Sequence record: MZ501089
Source: Escherichia phage KarlGJung
Length of the DNA: 64,000 bases
Reading direction: 5' to 3' (one strand)
Made by a program: the position numbers and the translations under genes. This document shows positions 18,632 to 28,145 of the stretch, one piece after another; position 1 is the stretch's first letter, and each line of letters opens with the position of its first letter. The notes under the pieces were generated by a model, which had not been told where the DNA came from, made no database searches, and saw nothing but the letters and a program-made list of their open reading frames with translations.

Positions 18632-19315
18632 TTATCGTTTTGTTGGAAGAGATAGAGGATCGCACTCTTCCTCTGACGGAGCATCTTCAAGACCCATAGC
18701 ATAGCGCAAAGCATACTTCATCATCAGGATGTCTTTCGCACAGTCATGAATAGAATCATGCGCAACGAATCCATCTAAAGTTCCTTTTGGAAGAGGACAC
18801 GTGGTCATATCACGAACAAGGAGAAGTGCTTCAATTCTGGTACGAATATCACGCTGATTCCAAAATTTACAAGGTTCTAACTTAAATGTATCAAGCTCAT
18901 TCTCGGAAACGCCGTTAAGACGTTGAATATCGCGAATGAGATCGACTAAAATTGGAAAATCAAACGACATTCCACGGCACCAGCCTTGAGATTTCCAAGG
19001 ATCGATATTATGCGCATTGATGTAATCATTAAATTTTGCAATACCATCGATAGTGCTTACATCTTCATCTGATGGCGCAATATTTTTTCGAGCTTCAGGA
19101 GATTGATTCTTCCACCATTCGATAGTGCTTTTAGTAAAAAGACGATGTCCTTTTTGGCTTTTTAAATCAAATTTGATTTTAATGCCACGTGAAACTAATT
19201 CATCAAATGTTTCAACGACTTCTGGATTAGGGTCAAAAGCAATTACAGCCAAATCAATAACAGCTGCTTTTTCACCGCTTCCCATTGTTTCAAAATCTAT
19301 AATAAAATCAAACAT
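18632..19315 (-). CDS. dexA: Exonuclease A (DexA), DnaQ-like 3'-5' exonuclease
   Basis: 227 aa MFDFIIDFETMGSGEKAAVIDLAVIAF... (DEDD exonuclease motif I). Confidence 0.8.
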   Translation of the reverse strand: MFDFIIDFETMGSGEKAAVIDLAVIAFDPNPEVVETFDELVSRGIKIKFDLKSQKGHRLFTKSTIEWWKNQSPEARKNIAPSDEDVSTIDGIAKFNDYINAHNIDPWKSQGWCRGMSFDFPILVDLIRDIQRLNGVSENELDTFKLEPCKFWNQRDIRTRIEALLLVRDMTTCPLPKGTLDGFVAHDSIHDCAKDILMMKYALRYAMGLEDAPSEEECDPLSLPTKR

Positions 19316-19590
19316 TAAATTTTCCTTGCTAAATCGCGAATTTGACCTACAGTATAATCTTGGATATAAACTTTATTAATAGGCTCATCAATAAATTTTG
19401 CCATAGATTCAATATCTTTTTGTATCTCTTCAAGACTGTATACTATCTTTAAAGCTTTTTCGCGAATAGTAATATTTTCAGGACTAGAATTTTCCTCAAT
19501 GACAGCTTTAACATTTGTCATAAGAGATTTAAACTGATGCAAACTTAATTCAATCATTAATAACCGCCTTATAAAGATGGCTAATTTCAC
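19315..19590 (-). CDS. Hypothetical protein, 91 aa (paralog of next ORF)
   Basis: Track ORF; shares L-EEI-+D...V-I-DY--G-I motif with 19550..19810. Confidence 0.4.
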   Translation of the reverse strand: MKLAIFIRRLLMIELSLHQFKSLMTNVKAVIEENSSPENITIREKALKIVYSLEEIQKDIESMAKFIDEPINKVYIQDYTVGQIRDLARKI

Positions 19591-19810
19591 CTAAAGCATA
19601 ATCACTGATTGTGACAGTTTTCACTTCACCACAAAAGAATTCTAACGCAATCAAATCTCGTTCAATTTCTTCCAATTGAAGCATTAACTTACCAGATTCA
19701 ATTTTTACATTTCTACGATTTTTACTATAAGCTATTTCATAAATTTCGCTCACTTTATCTTGAAGAAGATAAAACTGATCTTTAGTTATTTCCACGAATA
19801 GCTTCCTCAA
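19550..19810 (-). CDS. Hypothetical protein, 86 aa (paralog of previous ORF)
   Basis: Track ORF; tandem paralog. Confidence 0.4.
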   Translation of the reverse strand: MRKLFVEITKDQFYLLQDKVSEIYEIAYSKNRRNVKIESGKLMLQLEEIERDLIALEFFCGEVKTVTISDYALGEISHLYKAVIND

Positions 19811-20042
19811 ATTTAATTAGTAATTTACAGACACTTTCATCTAATGTAATTACTGTATCTGTATTACTATGATATGATTGTTTTTCAATTCGTTTAATTG
19901 CTAATATAGTATCACTTATAAGATAAAGCTTATGAAGGAGCTCAGCTCCTGTTACCATAACATTAAGATTATCTTGCTTATTAGTATGCTTCCTTATACC
20001 ATCTATTAGACGATTTAAATATTTTGAATTGATGTTAATCAT
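19782..20042 (-). CDS. Hypothetical protein, 86 aa
   Basis: Track ORF immediately upstream of the dexA.x paralogs. Confidence 0.4.
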   Translation of the reverse strand: MININSKYLNRLIDGIRKHTNKQDNLNVMVTGAELLHKLYLISDTILAIKRIEKQSYHSNTDTVITLDESVCKLLIKFEEAIRGNN

Positions 20043-20048
20043 ATATCC

Positions 20049-21368
20049 TCACACATAAAATACGTCATAACGACCACGGGTAACACCAACATAAAGAAGT
20101 TGTTGAGCTAATTCAGCATCTGCATAATGAATGCAAGGCGTATAAATGAAAGCACGGTCTACAGACATACCCTGAGCTTTATGGAATGTTGATGCAGGAA
20201 GTGCTTTCACTTTACTAAACTGTGATTTAGCATCCCAAAAATCACTCCATGGAGCTTTTCCGCCTTTGTTCCAATTTTTATAAGTTTCTGCCGTTTTACC
20301 TAAAAATAGGTTAAACTTATACAGTTCTTCATCAGATGAAATTATTTTAATCTTTTCACGATAATATTCATCATCGCCATAAGTTTCTACTGTTAAATCC
20401 CAATGACGAATTAGATATTCTCCAGGAACACCACGAGCTTTAACAAACGTCGATGTATACTCTGCTTCTATAATACGAACTAATTGTCCGTTATTAAAAA
20501 TAATTTCTGACACAGGCTTTCCATCAATTTTATATGTTTTAATTAATGGTTCCTGCATTACAATAATTTCACCGACAATAAAATCTTTATCAGTTTCAAA
20601 AATCTTTTTACGAATAATGCTATTTAACTTGTCAACAGATTTATTCGTAAATGCCATTACGCGATTTTCAAACAAATCATCTAGTGATTTGACGATTGAA
20701 AAATAATTTACCATAAAATCGCGTAAAGCGGTATCACCAGTAAATCCACGTACTCCATGACCGTCAACAACTTTATCATAAATCCACTTACCGTTGCGAA
20801 CATCAGTAGCTACATCAATAATAGGAGCATTACTGCGTTTAACTTCAGTAAGTTCACACTGATAAAAATCTTTGTGTGTAAAGAATGGACTGATATAAGC
20901 AGTATTTTCTCCTGGATCAACAGGTCTAATTTGCTTATTATCACCTATTCCAATTATAGTACACCAAGGTGGAATAGTTGAAAGCAGAATTTTAAATAGC
21001 TTTCTATCATACATTGACACTTCGTCGCAGATTAATACCCTGCATTTAGCTAAATCTGGTACTTCCTTCTGTTCAAAAAGAACGTTTTCTTCATACGTAA
21101 CTGGGTTAATTTTAAGAATACTATGAATAGTACTTGCTTCTTTCCCTGATAGTTTTGAAAGAATCTTTTTAGCTGCATGAGTAGGAGCTGCTAAAATAAT
21201 ACCAGTTTCACCCGTAGATATTAAAGCTTCAATGATGAACTTAGTAAGAGTAGTCTTACCGGTACCGGCAGGTCCATTAATAGTTACATGGTGTTTCTTT
21301 TCTTTAATAGCCTTCATAACAGTGTTAAAGGCATTTTTCTGGCCTTCGGTCAAATCATCAAATGTCAT
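20049..21368 (-). CDS. dda: Dda DNA helicase (SF1B)
   Basis: 439 aa MTFDDLTEGQKNAFNTVMKAIKEKKHHVTINGPAGTGKTT...; Walker A GPAGTGKT. Confidence 0.9.
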   Translation of the reverse strand: MTFDDLTEGQKNAFNTVMKAIKEKKHHVTINGPAGTGKTTLTKFIIEALISTGETGIILAAPTHAAKKILSKLSGKEASTIHSILKINPVTYEENVLFEQKEVPDLAKCRVLICDEVSMYDRKLFKILLSTIPPWCTIIGIGDNKQIRPVDPGENTAYISPFFTHKDFYQCELTEVKRSNAPIIDVATDVRNGKWIYDKVVDGHGVRGFTGDTALRDFMVNYFSIVKSLDDLFENRVMAFTNKSVDKLNSIIRKKIFETDKDFIVGEIIVMQEPLIKTYKIDGKPVSEIIFNNGQLVRIIEAEYTSTFVKARGVPGEYLIRHWDLTVETYGDDEYYREKIKIISSDEELYKFNLFLGKTAETYKNWNKGGKAPWSDFWDAKSQFSKVKALPASTFHKAQGMSVDRAFIYTPCIHYADAELAQQLLYVGVTRGRYDVFYV

Positions 21369-21676
21369 CGTAAATTCCCTGCAATTGGTATACTAACAAT
21401 ACGCCCAGTATCTAAAATTCGCTGATATAATCTTTGCGTGTCTACGTCAGGCTTAACATGTTTAACTTCTATTTTATTAAACCAAAATTTACGTGGAGTC
21501 TCAACTAATCTTGGAATTCCCTTACCTAAAGCTAGTCGATACTGCTCTTTAAGAGTAGTAAATACTTTATCAGCAATATTCCATTCAAAAAATACAGCAG
21601 GACGATGTTCATCAAGCGGAACTGGCGCCGTAAATCCGTCTTTGTCTCGGTAAACTATCGCGTATACATAAACCAT
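21365..21676 (-). CDS. dda.1-position hypothetical protein, 103 aa
   Basis: Track ORF; stop overlaps dda start. Confidence 0.5.
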   Translation of the reverse strand: MVYVYAIVYRDKDGFTAPVPLDEHRPAVFFEWNIADKVFTTLKEQYRLALGKGIPRLVETPRKFWFNKIEVKHVKPDVDTQRLYQRILDTGRIVSIPIAGNLR

Positions 21677-21677
21677 A

Positions 21678-22424
21678 TTATCCTCGGATAAGTTTAAAAA
21701 TTGAACAATTTAGCGGGTATCCTCTTTTCAGTTTAAGTTTATCAATAAAAGACAAGTTTTGATACCGCTCTACACCTTGAATAATTTTATCACACATATC
21801 ATATTGCATTTCTGCTTCTGACAACTTTTTCACAATTTTCCAATCCGAGCCTTTAAGAAGAACGTTCAATTTAACAACTTCAGCACCTTCTGCTATGCGA
21901 GAACCATCAATACGAGCTTTGAGTGCTATAATCCTTAGCTTAATGTCAGATGTCTGTTTTGATTTAGAAAGCTGAGAAATGTGTTCAATTCGGTTTTCAC
22001 GTTTTTTCTGTATAGCTTTAATTTGATTATAAGTCTTTTTGATTTTAGCCCATTTCTTTTCATCTAAATTTAGTTTATGAACTTTTTTCGCAGATGAATG
22101 ACCAATTCGCAAAGCAAATAAATCACGCTTTTCAATCAACTCTTCTAAAGTATAATCAGAACGAAATGTATTATACTTTTTCTTTACTGCAATAACATTC
22201 CCTTTAATGTATCCAACGTTATTATCAAAACGTTCTAATGATAATTTCTCTCCTTCAATACGATTATCAAAAGGTTCTCCCGAGTAAGCACAAACTTTTT
22301 GATCTAAAATGTTCTTAATGTAATTGAAGTCTAAGTTAAAATCTTTAGAACGTCTTTTTGCAGATGCCTGAGTATGCTCTAGACGACGTTTAATTTTACG
22401 AATTTGGTTATTAGACAGCTTCAT
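21678..22424 (-). CDS. Hypothetical basic protein, 248 aa, in the position of T4 srd
   Basis: Track ORF; position between dda.1 and modA; Lys/Arg-rich; identity with Srd not verified. Confidence 0.4.
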   Translation of the reverse strand: MKLSNNQIRKIKRRLEHTQASAKRRSKDFNLDFNYIKNILDQKVCAYSGEPFDNRIEGEKLSLERFDNNVGYIKGNVIAVKKKYNTFRSDYTLEELIEKRDLFALRIGHSSAKKVHKLNLDEKKWAKIKKTYNQIKAIQKKRENRIEHISQLSKSKQTSDIKLRIIALKARIDGSRIAEGAEVVKLNVLLKGSDWKIVKKLSEAEMQYDMCDKIIQGVERYQNLSFIDKLKLKRGYPLNCSIFKLIRG

Positions 22425-22460
22425 ATTTTTCTCACATCTTACGGACGGTTAACTACTTAT

Positions 22461-22490
22461 ACTATAACATTTTTACCTTAACTTGTAAAC
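22461..22490 (-). promoter_or_regulatory. Early promoter (GTTTAC-N18-TATAGT)
   Basis: gtaaac 22485-22490, actata 22461-22466. Confidence 0.5.
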
Positions 22491-22546
22491 AACTTTATGA
22501 AAAATGCTTTAAAACTTTCATGGTATAATGAATCTAAGTCCTTCCA

Positions 22547-23149
22547 TTATAGATTAAATCCTTCAAAATCAAGAGTATAGATAGTGTATGTTGAATACTT
22601 TTTATACTCGTATCTATCCGCAATTCTAAATACACTTCCAGCTGGTATCATTACTTCTTGTTCATCTGAAACTAATTCCATATTACGATAGCGATGGCTA
22701 TCCGGAAACTTAAAACTCGGACTATATTCTTTACAACGTAGAGCTTTTATAGCATACTCCTGGAAATTGAATACCATAGGAGCTTTGAATTCAAAAATAA
22801 CTTGTGTGTTATACTCTAAACCGGAAGCAAAATGTAGAGCTATATTTTTATCATATGAAGCTGATACGACTTTATCAAATGTAATAATATCAATTCCTTG
22901 ATTTAATACTTGCTTAGTCTCAGCTGGAACACCTCTCCAAAGAGGTTTATCGTTTGGTTCCAAACGAGATTTGATTATTTCATTTAACCAAGTATGGTCA
23001 TCTGGTTTATTAGTAATACAATGAATTAAAAGTTCAATTTCAGATAAATTAAACCCTTCAGAAAGTAATTCTTCACGAATAGAAGCACGCACCGATGCAT
23101 CCATTGATTTGATTTTAAAATCTTTTAATTGCATTGCTGAATATTTCAT
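22547..23149 (-). CDS. modA: ADP-ribosyltransferase ModA
   Basis: 200 aa; R (LWRGV), S-x-S (SAS) and EQEVMIP catalytic signature; ATG start. Confidence 0.65.
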   Translation of the reverse strand: MKYSAMQLKDFKIKSMDASVRASIREELLSEGFNLSEIELLIHCITNKPDDHTWLNEIIKSRLEPNDKPLWRGVPAETKQVLNQGIDIITFDKVVSASYDKNIALHFASGLEYNTQVIFEFKAPMVFNFQEYAIKALRCKEYSPSFKFPDSHRYRNMELVSDEQEVMIPAGSVFRIADRYEYKKYSTYTIYTLDFEGFNL

Positions 23150-23769
23150 TCAACTACCTCAATATCATACACTTTAAATGTTCCAAATGAATCGTGTAAT
23201 TTTTCTTTTGAAATAGAAGTTATTCTATACTTTCCAATTGGAATCATCCATTCTTGTTCACGCACAATCATCATTAAGTTATCAGTACGCTCTGAATCTA
23301 ATCCATCAGTATCTTCATATGTATACTTAAATTCAGTATTAGGAGAAGAAAGTATAATATCGCTGATATGGTCAGAATAATTAAAAGCTTTATCAGTTTT
23401 TAAGCGAAATATTATTTCAGTGAAATACTCAACATAAGAAAAACCACATGCTGTGTGCAAACTAGTAGTAAATGAATCTACTCTGTTCGTTGAAAACACT
23501 TCTCCGACTTGTAAATCTTTAATGAGTTCTTTTGTCGATTTTGATATACCACGATATAGCTGATAAGGCGATTTAGTTAAATGCTTTTTAACGATTTTAT
23601 TCAACTGCCGATGAAGAGCTTCATTCTTTTTGGCTTCCATACACTGCCAAAGAACTGACTGTTCAAAGTCAGTAAATTTTTCACAGACCTTTTTGTACAT
23701 ATCATATTGAAAATCAACACTTTCAGCTTTTATAGATAACTGTTCAACATCTGCGAGATTAATAATCAT
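23146..23769 (-). CDS. modB: ADP-ribosyltransferase ModB
   Basis: Track ORF 23146..23781 trimmed to internal ATG with SD GGAGG (207 aa); LYRGIS, STN, EQEWMIP motifs; stop overlaps modA ATG. Confidence 0.65.
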   Translation of the reverse strand: MIINLADVEQLSIKAESVDFQYDMYKKVCEKFTDFEQSVLWQCMEAKKNEALHRQLNKIVKKHLTKSPYQLYRGISKSTKELIKDLQVGEVFSTNRVDSFTTSLHTACGFSYVEYFTEIIFRLKTDKAFNYSDHISDIILSSPNTEFKYTYEDTDGLDSERTDNLMMIVREQEWMIPIGKYRITSISKEKLHDSFGTFKVYDIEVVE

Positions 23770-23795
23770 GATAGCCTCCATATACTTCAGAAGCT

Positions 23796-23825
23796 ATCAT
23801 ATCATTGTTAGGAAGGAAAGTAAAC
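23796..23825 (-). promoter_or_regulatory. Early promoter (GTTTAC-N18-TATGAT)
   Basis: gtaaac 23820-23825, atcata 23796-23801. Confidence 0.45.
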
Positions 23826-23836
23826 AACTTTTTGAA

Positions 23837-24019
23837 TTATTTTGCCCAGGGAGCCCAAGGCGGAGGGTCAAGATGGTATGAAGCTAGTTCTTCTAGAAGA
23901 GCATCTGGGGCTTCAATTCCATAATTCTGTAATACTATACGGTACTCTTTCTTATAATCACTAGAATCATTCTGGATATTCGTAGAATGATTATCTTCTA
24001 ACATCTCAAATAAATCCAT
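23837..24019 (-). CDS. Hypothetical acidic protein, 60 aa
   Basis: Track ORF. Confidence 0.3.
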   Translation of the reverse strand: MDLFEMLEDNHSTNIQNDSSDYKKEYRIVLQNYGIEAPDALLEELASYHLDPPPWAPWAK

Positions 24020-24027
24020 ATTAATTC

Positions 24028-24510
24028 CTAGCGATAAAAACCAAAATAACGATTAGCTTCAATAATCTTTCTTTCTTCTTCAGATATTCTCCAGCGTAGT
24101 CCAACATCAAAATGAGCCCAGACCATCTTAACAAATGCATTTATATCTTTAATATCTTCAATAATGAATGTTTTACTTTTAGAAGGTTGACCTGCTAAAT
24201 TAAGTGCTAATTTAACTTTATCGTCTTCAAACAGGGCAAAAAGACCATATTCATGAGCTCTTTTATAGCCTTTAATAGTTAAAGCTTCAGAAGAAGAAAA
24301 CGGTGAATCAGTATTCTGTAAAATATCTTCAGTATGCTTTATAATTAGAATAACATTTTCTGGATATTTTCTTTCTTTTATATCTTTAATTAAAAGATCC
24401 GGATTTTCTGCTAAAGGAATAATTAATGAGCATTTTTTATCAAGTGCATTTACTGATTTACCTTCTTTAGACATAAATTCTATTGAATAATGTTTTGCTA
24501 CTTCAATCAT
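24028..24510 (-). CDS. Hypothetical protein, 160 aa (mrh region)
   Basis: Track ORF; ATG start. Confidence 0.4.
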   Translation of the reverse strand: MIEVAKHYSIEFMSKEGKSVNALDKKCSLIIPLAENPDLLIKDIKERKYPENVILIIKHTEDILQNTDSPFSSSEALTIKGYKRAHEYGLFALFEDDKVKLALNLAGQPSKSKTFIIEDIKDINAFVKMVWAHFDVGLRWRISEEERKIIEANRYFGFYR

Positions 24511-24667
24511 GTGATTTCCTTTTGCCTACTAATGGGCCGTCAGGAATTTTGTTTTCCTGGATATATTTCTCATTTTCTTCCATCATTTTACTGCCAATTT
24601 TAAGAAGCAAATCCAGTGCTTCATTTGCTTTAGCCTTGGCCTCTTCTAGCGTCATATCTCTGTTCAT
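24503..24667 (-). CDS. Hypothetical 54 aa protein (below track cutoff)
   Basis: Hand-translated [54 protein letters not shown]; ATGA overlap upstream. Confidence 0.3.
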   Translation of the reverse strand: MNRDMTLEEAKAKANEALDLLLKIGSKMMEENEKYIQENKIPDGPLVGKRKSHD

Positions 24668-24867
24668 GATTTATCCCCATAGATATCTCTCATCAATTTA
24701 AGCGCTGAGCGTTCTAATTTCTTTTCTTTCTCAGCACTAATCATTGATTTCATCCATTCTTCTGATTCGTTCTGCATTTCTTTATTTGCTTGTTCAACCC
24801 AACCATCATCAATATACATCGAGTTTGGTCTATTGAACCATTCAAGCATCTTCTTCAGAGCTTTCAT
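24664..24867 (-). CDS. Hypothetical protein, 67 aa
   Basis: Track ORF. Confidence 0.4.
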   Translation of the reverse strand: MKALKKMLEWFNRPNSMYIDDGWVEQANKEMQNESEEWMKSMISAEKEKKLERSALKLMRDIYGDKS

Positions 24868-25339
24868 TTGTTTTACCTAAAACAACAGTAGGAGCATCAT
24901 CAAATTCATGAATTTTGAGCAAATTTGGATGTAAACTATTCCATACAGAAGAAATAAAGTATGATAAAGCATCTTCACTCGCAATTATAAATTTATTTCC
25001 TTTATCTATTTTCCAACTATATACTGAATCGTACGAATAAAAAGATAAAGGTTTATCATTATATTGTTCTGCGCTAACATTAATGTATTCTGATTTAGTA
25101 AATGCTTCAATTGCTCTAAACGGAATATTTGGTACAGTTTCAATAATACCAATCTTTTTAAGTTTTATTTCAGCATCTTCTGGAACTGGCATTGAAACGA
25201 AATTTTCTACGAGATACATTGGGTCACAATAACCCTTATCAATCATTACTGCTACAGTAATTGGAACATCTTTAGCAAATGACAAACTATTACTGCTAAT
25301 ATACATTTCAAACAAAATCGCTTCCATAATTTTCCTCAA
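24842..25339 (-). CDS. Hypothetical protein, 165 aa
   Basis: Track ORF. Confidence 0.45.
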   Translation of the reverse strand: MRKIMEAILFEMYISSNSLSFAKDVPITVAVMIDKGYCDPMYLVENFVSMPVPEDAEIKLKKIGIIETVPNIPFRAIEAFTKSEYINVSAEQYNDKPLSFYSYDSVYSWKIDKGNKFIIASEDALSYFISSVWNSLHPNLLKIHEFDDAPTVVLGKTNESSEEDA

Positions 25340-25677
25340 TCACAAGATGTAGATGAACAACTAGAATCACAAGAACTTCCACATGAATCGCCCGTCCACA
25401 CATGAACAGGAACATTAGTATCATATGAATCAGAACTAGACTGTGTATTCTGCGTATTAGATGATGTAGTAGGTGTTGACCAGCGCCAAGGATTTTTATA
25501 ATATTCTTGGGCTTCTTCATAAGTCATAGTAACTGCTTCTACTGTTCCATCTCCCATATAAACATACTCAACTACAGTTAAAGGAAGGTAGTCATTTGAA
25601 ATAGGAACTACACCTTCTCCGGGAGTTGTAGAGAAAAAATCTGTAAAGAAACTTTTAAACCAATTAAAGATAAACAT
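25336..25677 (-). CDS. Hypothetical protein, 113 aa, with Ser/Cys/Asp-rich C-terminal tail
   Basis: Track ORF; tail [19 protein letters not shown]. Confidence 0.45.
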   Translation of the reverse strand: MFIFNWFKSFFTDFFSTTPGEGVVPISNDYLPLTVVEYVYMGDGTVEAVTMTYEEAQEYYKNPWRWSTPTTSSNTQNTQSSSDSYDTNVPVHVWTGDSCGSSCDSSCSSTSCD

Positions 25678-25883
25678 TACAAAAAGCCTTTCTTGAATTC
25701 GACTTGCTTCTCACCATAATCATATCGAATTTCTGCATTAAATTCGACAGAACCATCTGCGTACATCATAAATGAATGCACAACAACTTCTGTAGACCAT
25801 GGTTGTAGTTCATATTTCTTCATTACGTGTCGTGAAATGATAATATCTAAATCTTCATTCGGTTTAATCCAACGATTTAACAT
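25677..25883 (-). CDS. Hypothetical protein, 68 aa
   Basis: Track ORF with early promoter upstream. Confidence 0.4.
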   Translation of the reverse strand: MLNRWIKPNEDLDIIISRHVMKKYELQPWSTEVVVHSFMMYADGSVEFNAEIRYDYGEKQVEFKKGFL

Positions 25884-25909
25884 AGCGCTCTCCTCTATAA
25901 GATAATTCT

Positions 25910-25939
25910 ATTATACCATACTCATTTTGGAAAGTAAAC
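25910..25939 (-). promoter_or_regulatory. Early promoter (GTTTAC-N18-TATAAT)
   Basis: gtaaac 25934-25939, attata 25910-25915. Confidence 0.5.
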
Positions 25940-25953
25940 CATTTAAATGAAAA

Positions 25954-25975
25954 AAGGACTCCCGAAGGAGTCCTT
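25954..25975 (-). terminator. Intrinsic terminator downstream of soc
   Basis: aaggactcc-cgaa-ggagtcctt; mRNA continues ttttcattt. Confidence 0.6.
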
Positions 25976-25981
25976 GAATTA

Positions 25982-26227
25982 TTAACCACCAGTTACTTTC
26001 CACAAATCTTCGTTTGCAGCAATCCATTCAGTACGCTGATTTTCTTCATATACAGTAGTATATGCTGCTTTTTCTGAAGGGAACGTCTGGTAATGAGCAC
26101 CAGAAATTTTGTGAACGTCAGAATAAAGAGGGAAAGCTACTGAAATTTCCTTTCCTTCAATTTTCTTATTTCCATCTAATTTCTGCTCAAATGTTTTGAT
26201 ATTAACATAACCGCGAGTACTAGCCAT
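25982..26227 (-). CDS. soc: Small outer capsid protein Soc
   Basis: 81 aa MASTRGYVNIKTFEQKLDGNKKIEGKEISVAFPLYSDVHKISGAHYQTFPSEKAAY... Confidence 0.9.
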   Translation of the reverse strand: MASTRGYVNIKTFEQKLDGNKKIEGKEISVAFPLYSDVHKISGAHYQTFPSEKAAYTTVYEENQRTEWIAANEDLWKVTGG

Positions 26228-26257
26228 GTAATTCTCCTTTTATTTAAATTACATGAT

Positions 26258-26265
26258 TATTTATA
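26258..26265 (-). promoter_or_regulatory. Late promoter TATAAATA for soc
   Basis: tatttata on + strand = TATAAATA on mRNA strand, about 30 nt upstream of the soc ATG. Confidence 0.6.
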
Positions 26266-26295
26266 ATAAATTCTCGCGGCTTTTAAGACGAGCTG

Positions 26296-26814
26296 TTAAT
26301 AACCTCGGTCTTGACGAACGAAATTTTCAGCATTTTTCAGATAATAAAGTTTAAAGATTTCTTCTGCTGTAAGACCAAGACCTTGAAACATGTTCAGAAC
26401 AAAATGGAGAATATCAATCATTTCGAATTTGATTTCTAACTGGTCCTGTGGAGACAAATCAGTAATCAGAGTTTCACGACGTTCACCATGCTGAGCTTTC
26501 CACGGCTTCCATACAGCAGATGCATCTTTTTCGCCATTGCTCATACCACCAAGAGAAGTCAGAAGTTCGCGGAATTCATCATCAATATAATCTTTCTGAT
26601 TACGCAGCCAATCAACAACTTCACCTGCAGTAGCCAAATCATCAGGATGACGGTTATATTCAGGTTTATCTTTAGCTAAACGAATCTGCAGAGATTTCTG
26701 CATGTCAAGCATTACCTGCAGCGGGTCTTTTTCATCACCGAGAATATCCCAATATTCATTTTGAGCTTTATCAGCGCCTTCGATCAGTTGACTACATTCG
26801 TTAAAGTAAGCCAT
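26296..26814 (-). CDS. 56: dCTP pyrophosphatase gp56
   Basis: Track ORF 26296..26829 (TTG) trimmed to ATG: MAYFNECSQLIEGADKAQNEYWDILGDEKDPLQVMLDMQ... Confidence 0.85.
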   Translation of the reverse strand: MAYFNECSQLIEGADKAQNEYWDILGDEKDPLQVMLDMQKSLQIRLAKDKPEYNRHPDDLATAGEVVDWLRNQKDYIDDEFRELLTSLGGMSNGEKDASAVWKPWKAQHGERRETLITDLSPQDQLEIKFEMIDILHFVLNMFQGLGLTAEEIFKLYYLKNAENFVRQDRGY

Positions 26815-26874
26815 TATTTTTCCTTTCAATTCATTAATAAGTTAAATAATTATATCATTTGAGTATGTAAGCAA

Positions 26875-27663
<789 letters not shown>

Positions 27664-27667
27664 TCAT

Positions 27668-27862
27668 TTATTGCAGCAAAAAAAATGAATTATACAATTC
27701 ATCATCATATGTATTTGATAGTAATACTAACACGTTTTGCGATTTAGCATATTCATTAAACCTCGCCTGAATAGTTGGATTATCAGTAAATGATTCTCTT
27801 TTTGTCCATTTATTACGTGGATAATATCCGCATGGTAAAAAATCTAATATCATCCTCAGCAA
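27668..27862 (-). CDS. Hypothetical protein, about 61-64 aa (start uncertain)
   Basis: Track ORF begins at TTG; ATG three codons in; early promoter upstream. Confidence 0.3.
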   Translation of the reverse strand: MLRMILDFLPCGYYPRNKWTKRESFTDNPTIQARFNEYAKSQNVLVLLSNTYDDELYNSFFLLQ

Positions 27863-27880
27863 TTTATTTTATAATACCAT

Positions 27881-27910
27881 AACAAGCTGAAAAAGTAAAC
27901 AAATTTATGA
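27881..27910 (-). promoter_or_regulatory. Early promoter (GTTTAC-N18-TATTAT)
   Basis: gtaaac 27905-27910, ataata 27881-27886. Confidence 0.5.
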
Positions 27911-27944
27911 AATTTGTGATAAATATTAATTTAAAGGAGGACAT

Positions 27945-28145
27945 ATGGTACAAAAATTAATGGCACTTGTTAATGCCATAAAAGGTAATAAAAAACGTAT
28001 AGCTTTTACTATTTCTGCTATGGTAGGAATTTTACTCTGGAATTTTGTTTTATCGCCAATTGCTATTGCTCACGGCGTTAATATTCCAGTAATTACTCTT
28101 GATACATTCGTAGATTTAGCATTTGCTTTGGTTGGGTTAATTTAA
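27945..28145 (+). CDS. Plus-strand small membrane protein, 66 aa
   Basis: Strong SD AAAGGAGG 4 nt before ATG; two hydrophobic segments; stop shares TTAA with the gene 61 stop. Confidence 0.45.
   Translation: MVQKLMALVNAIKGNKKRIAFTISAMVGILLWNFVLSPIAIAHGVNIPVITLDTFVDLAFALVGLI

Noticed and set aside
21678-22424. HNH homing-endonuclease-like motif in the 248 aa srd-position protein (SLERFDNNVGYIKGNVIAV...N)
   Set aside because: Only a partial resemblance; no conserved His pair or Cys4 zinc site, and the gene sits where T4 has a non-endonuclease gene. Not called.
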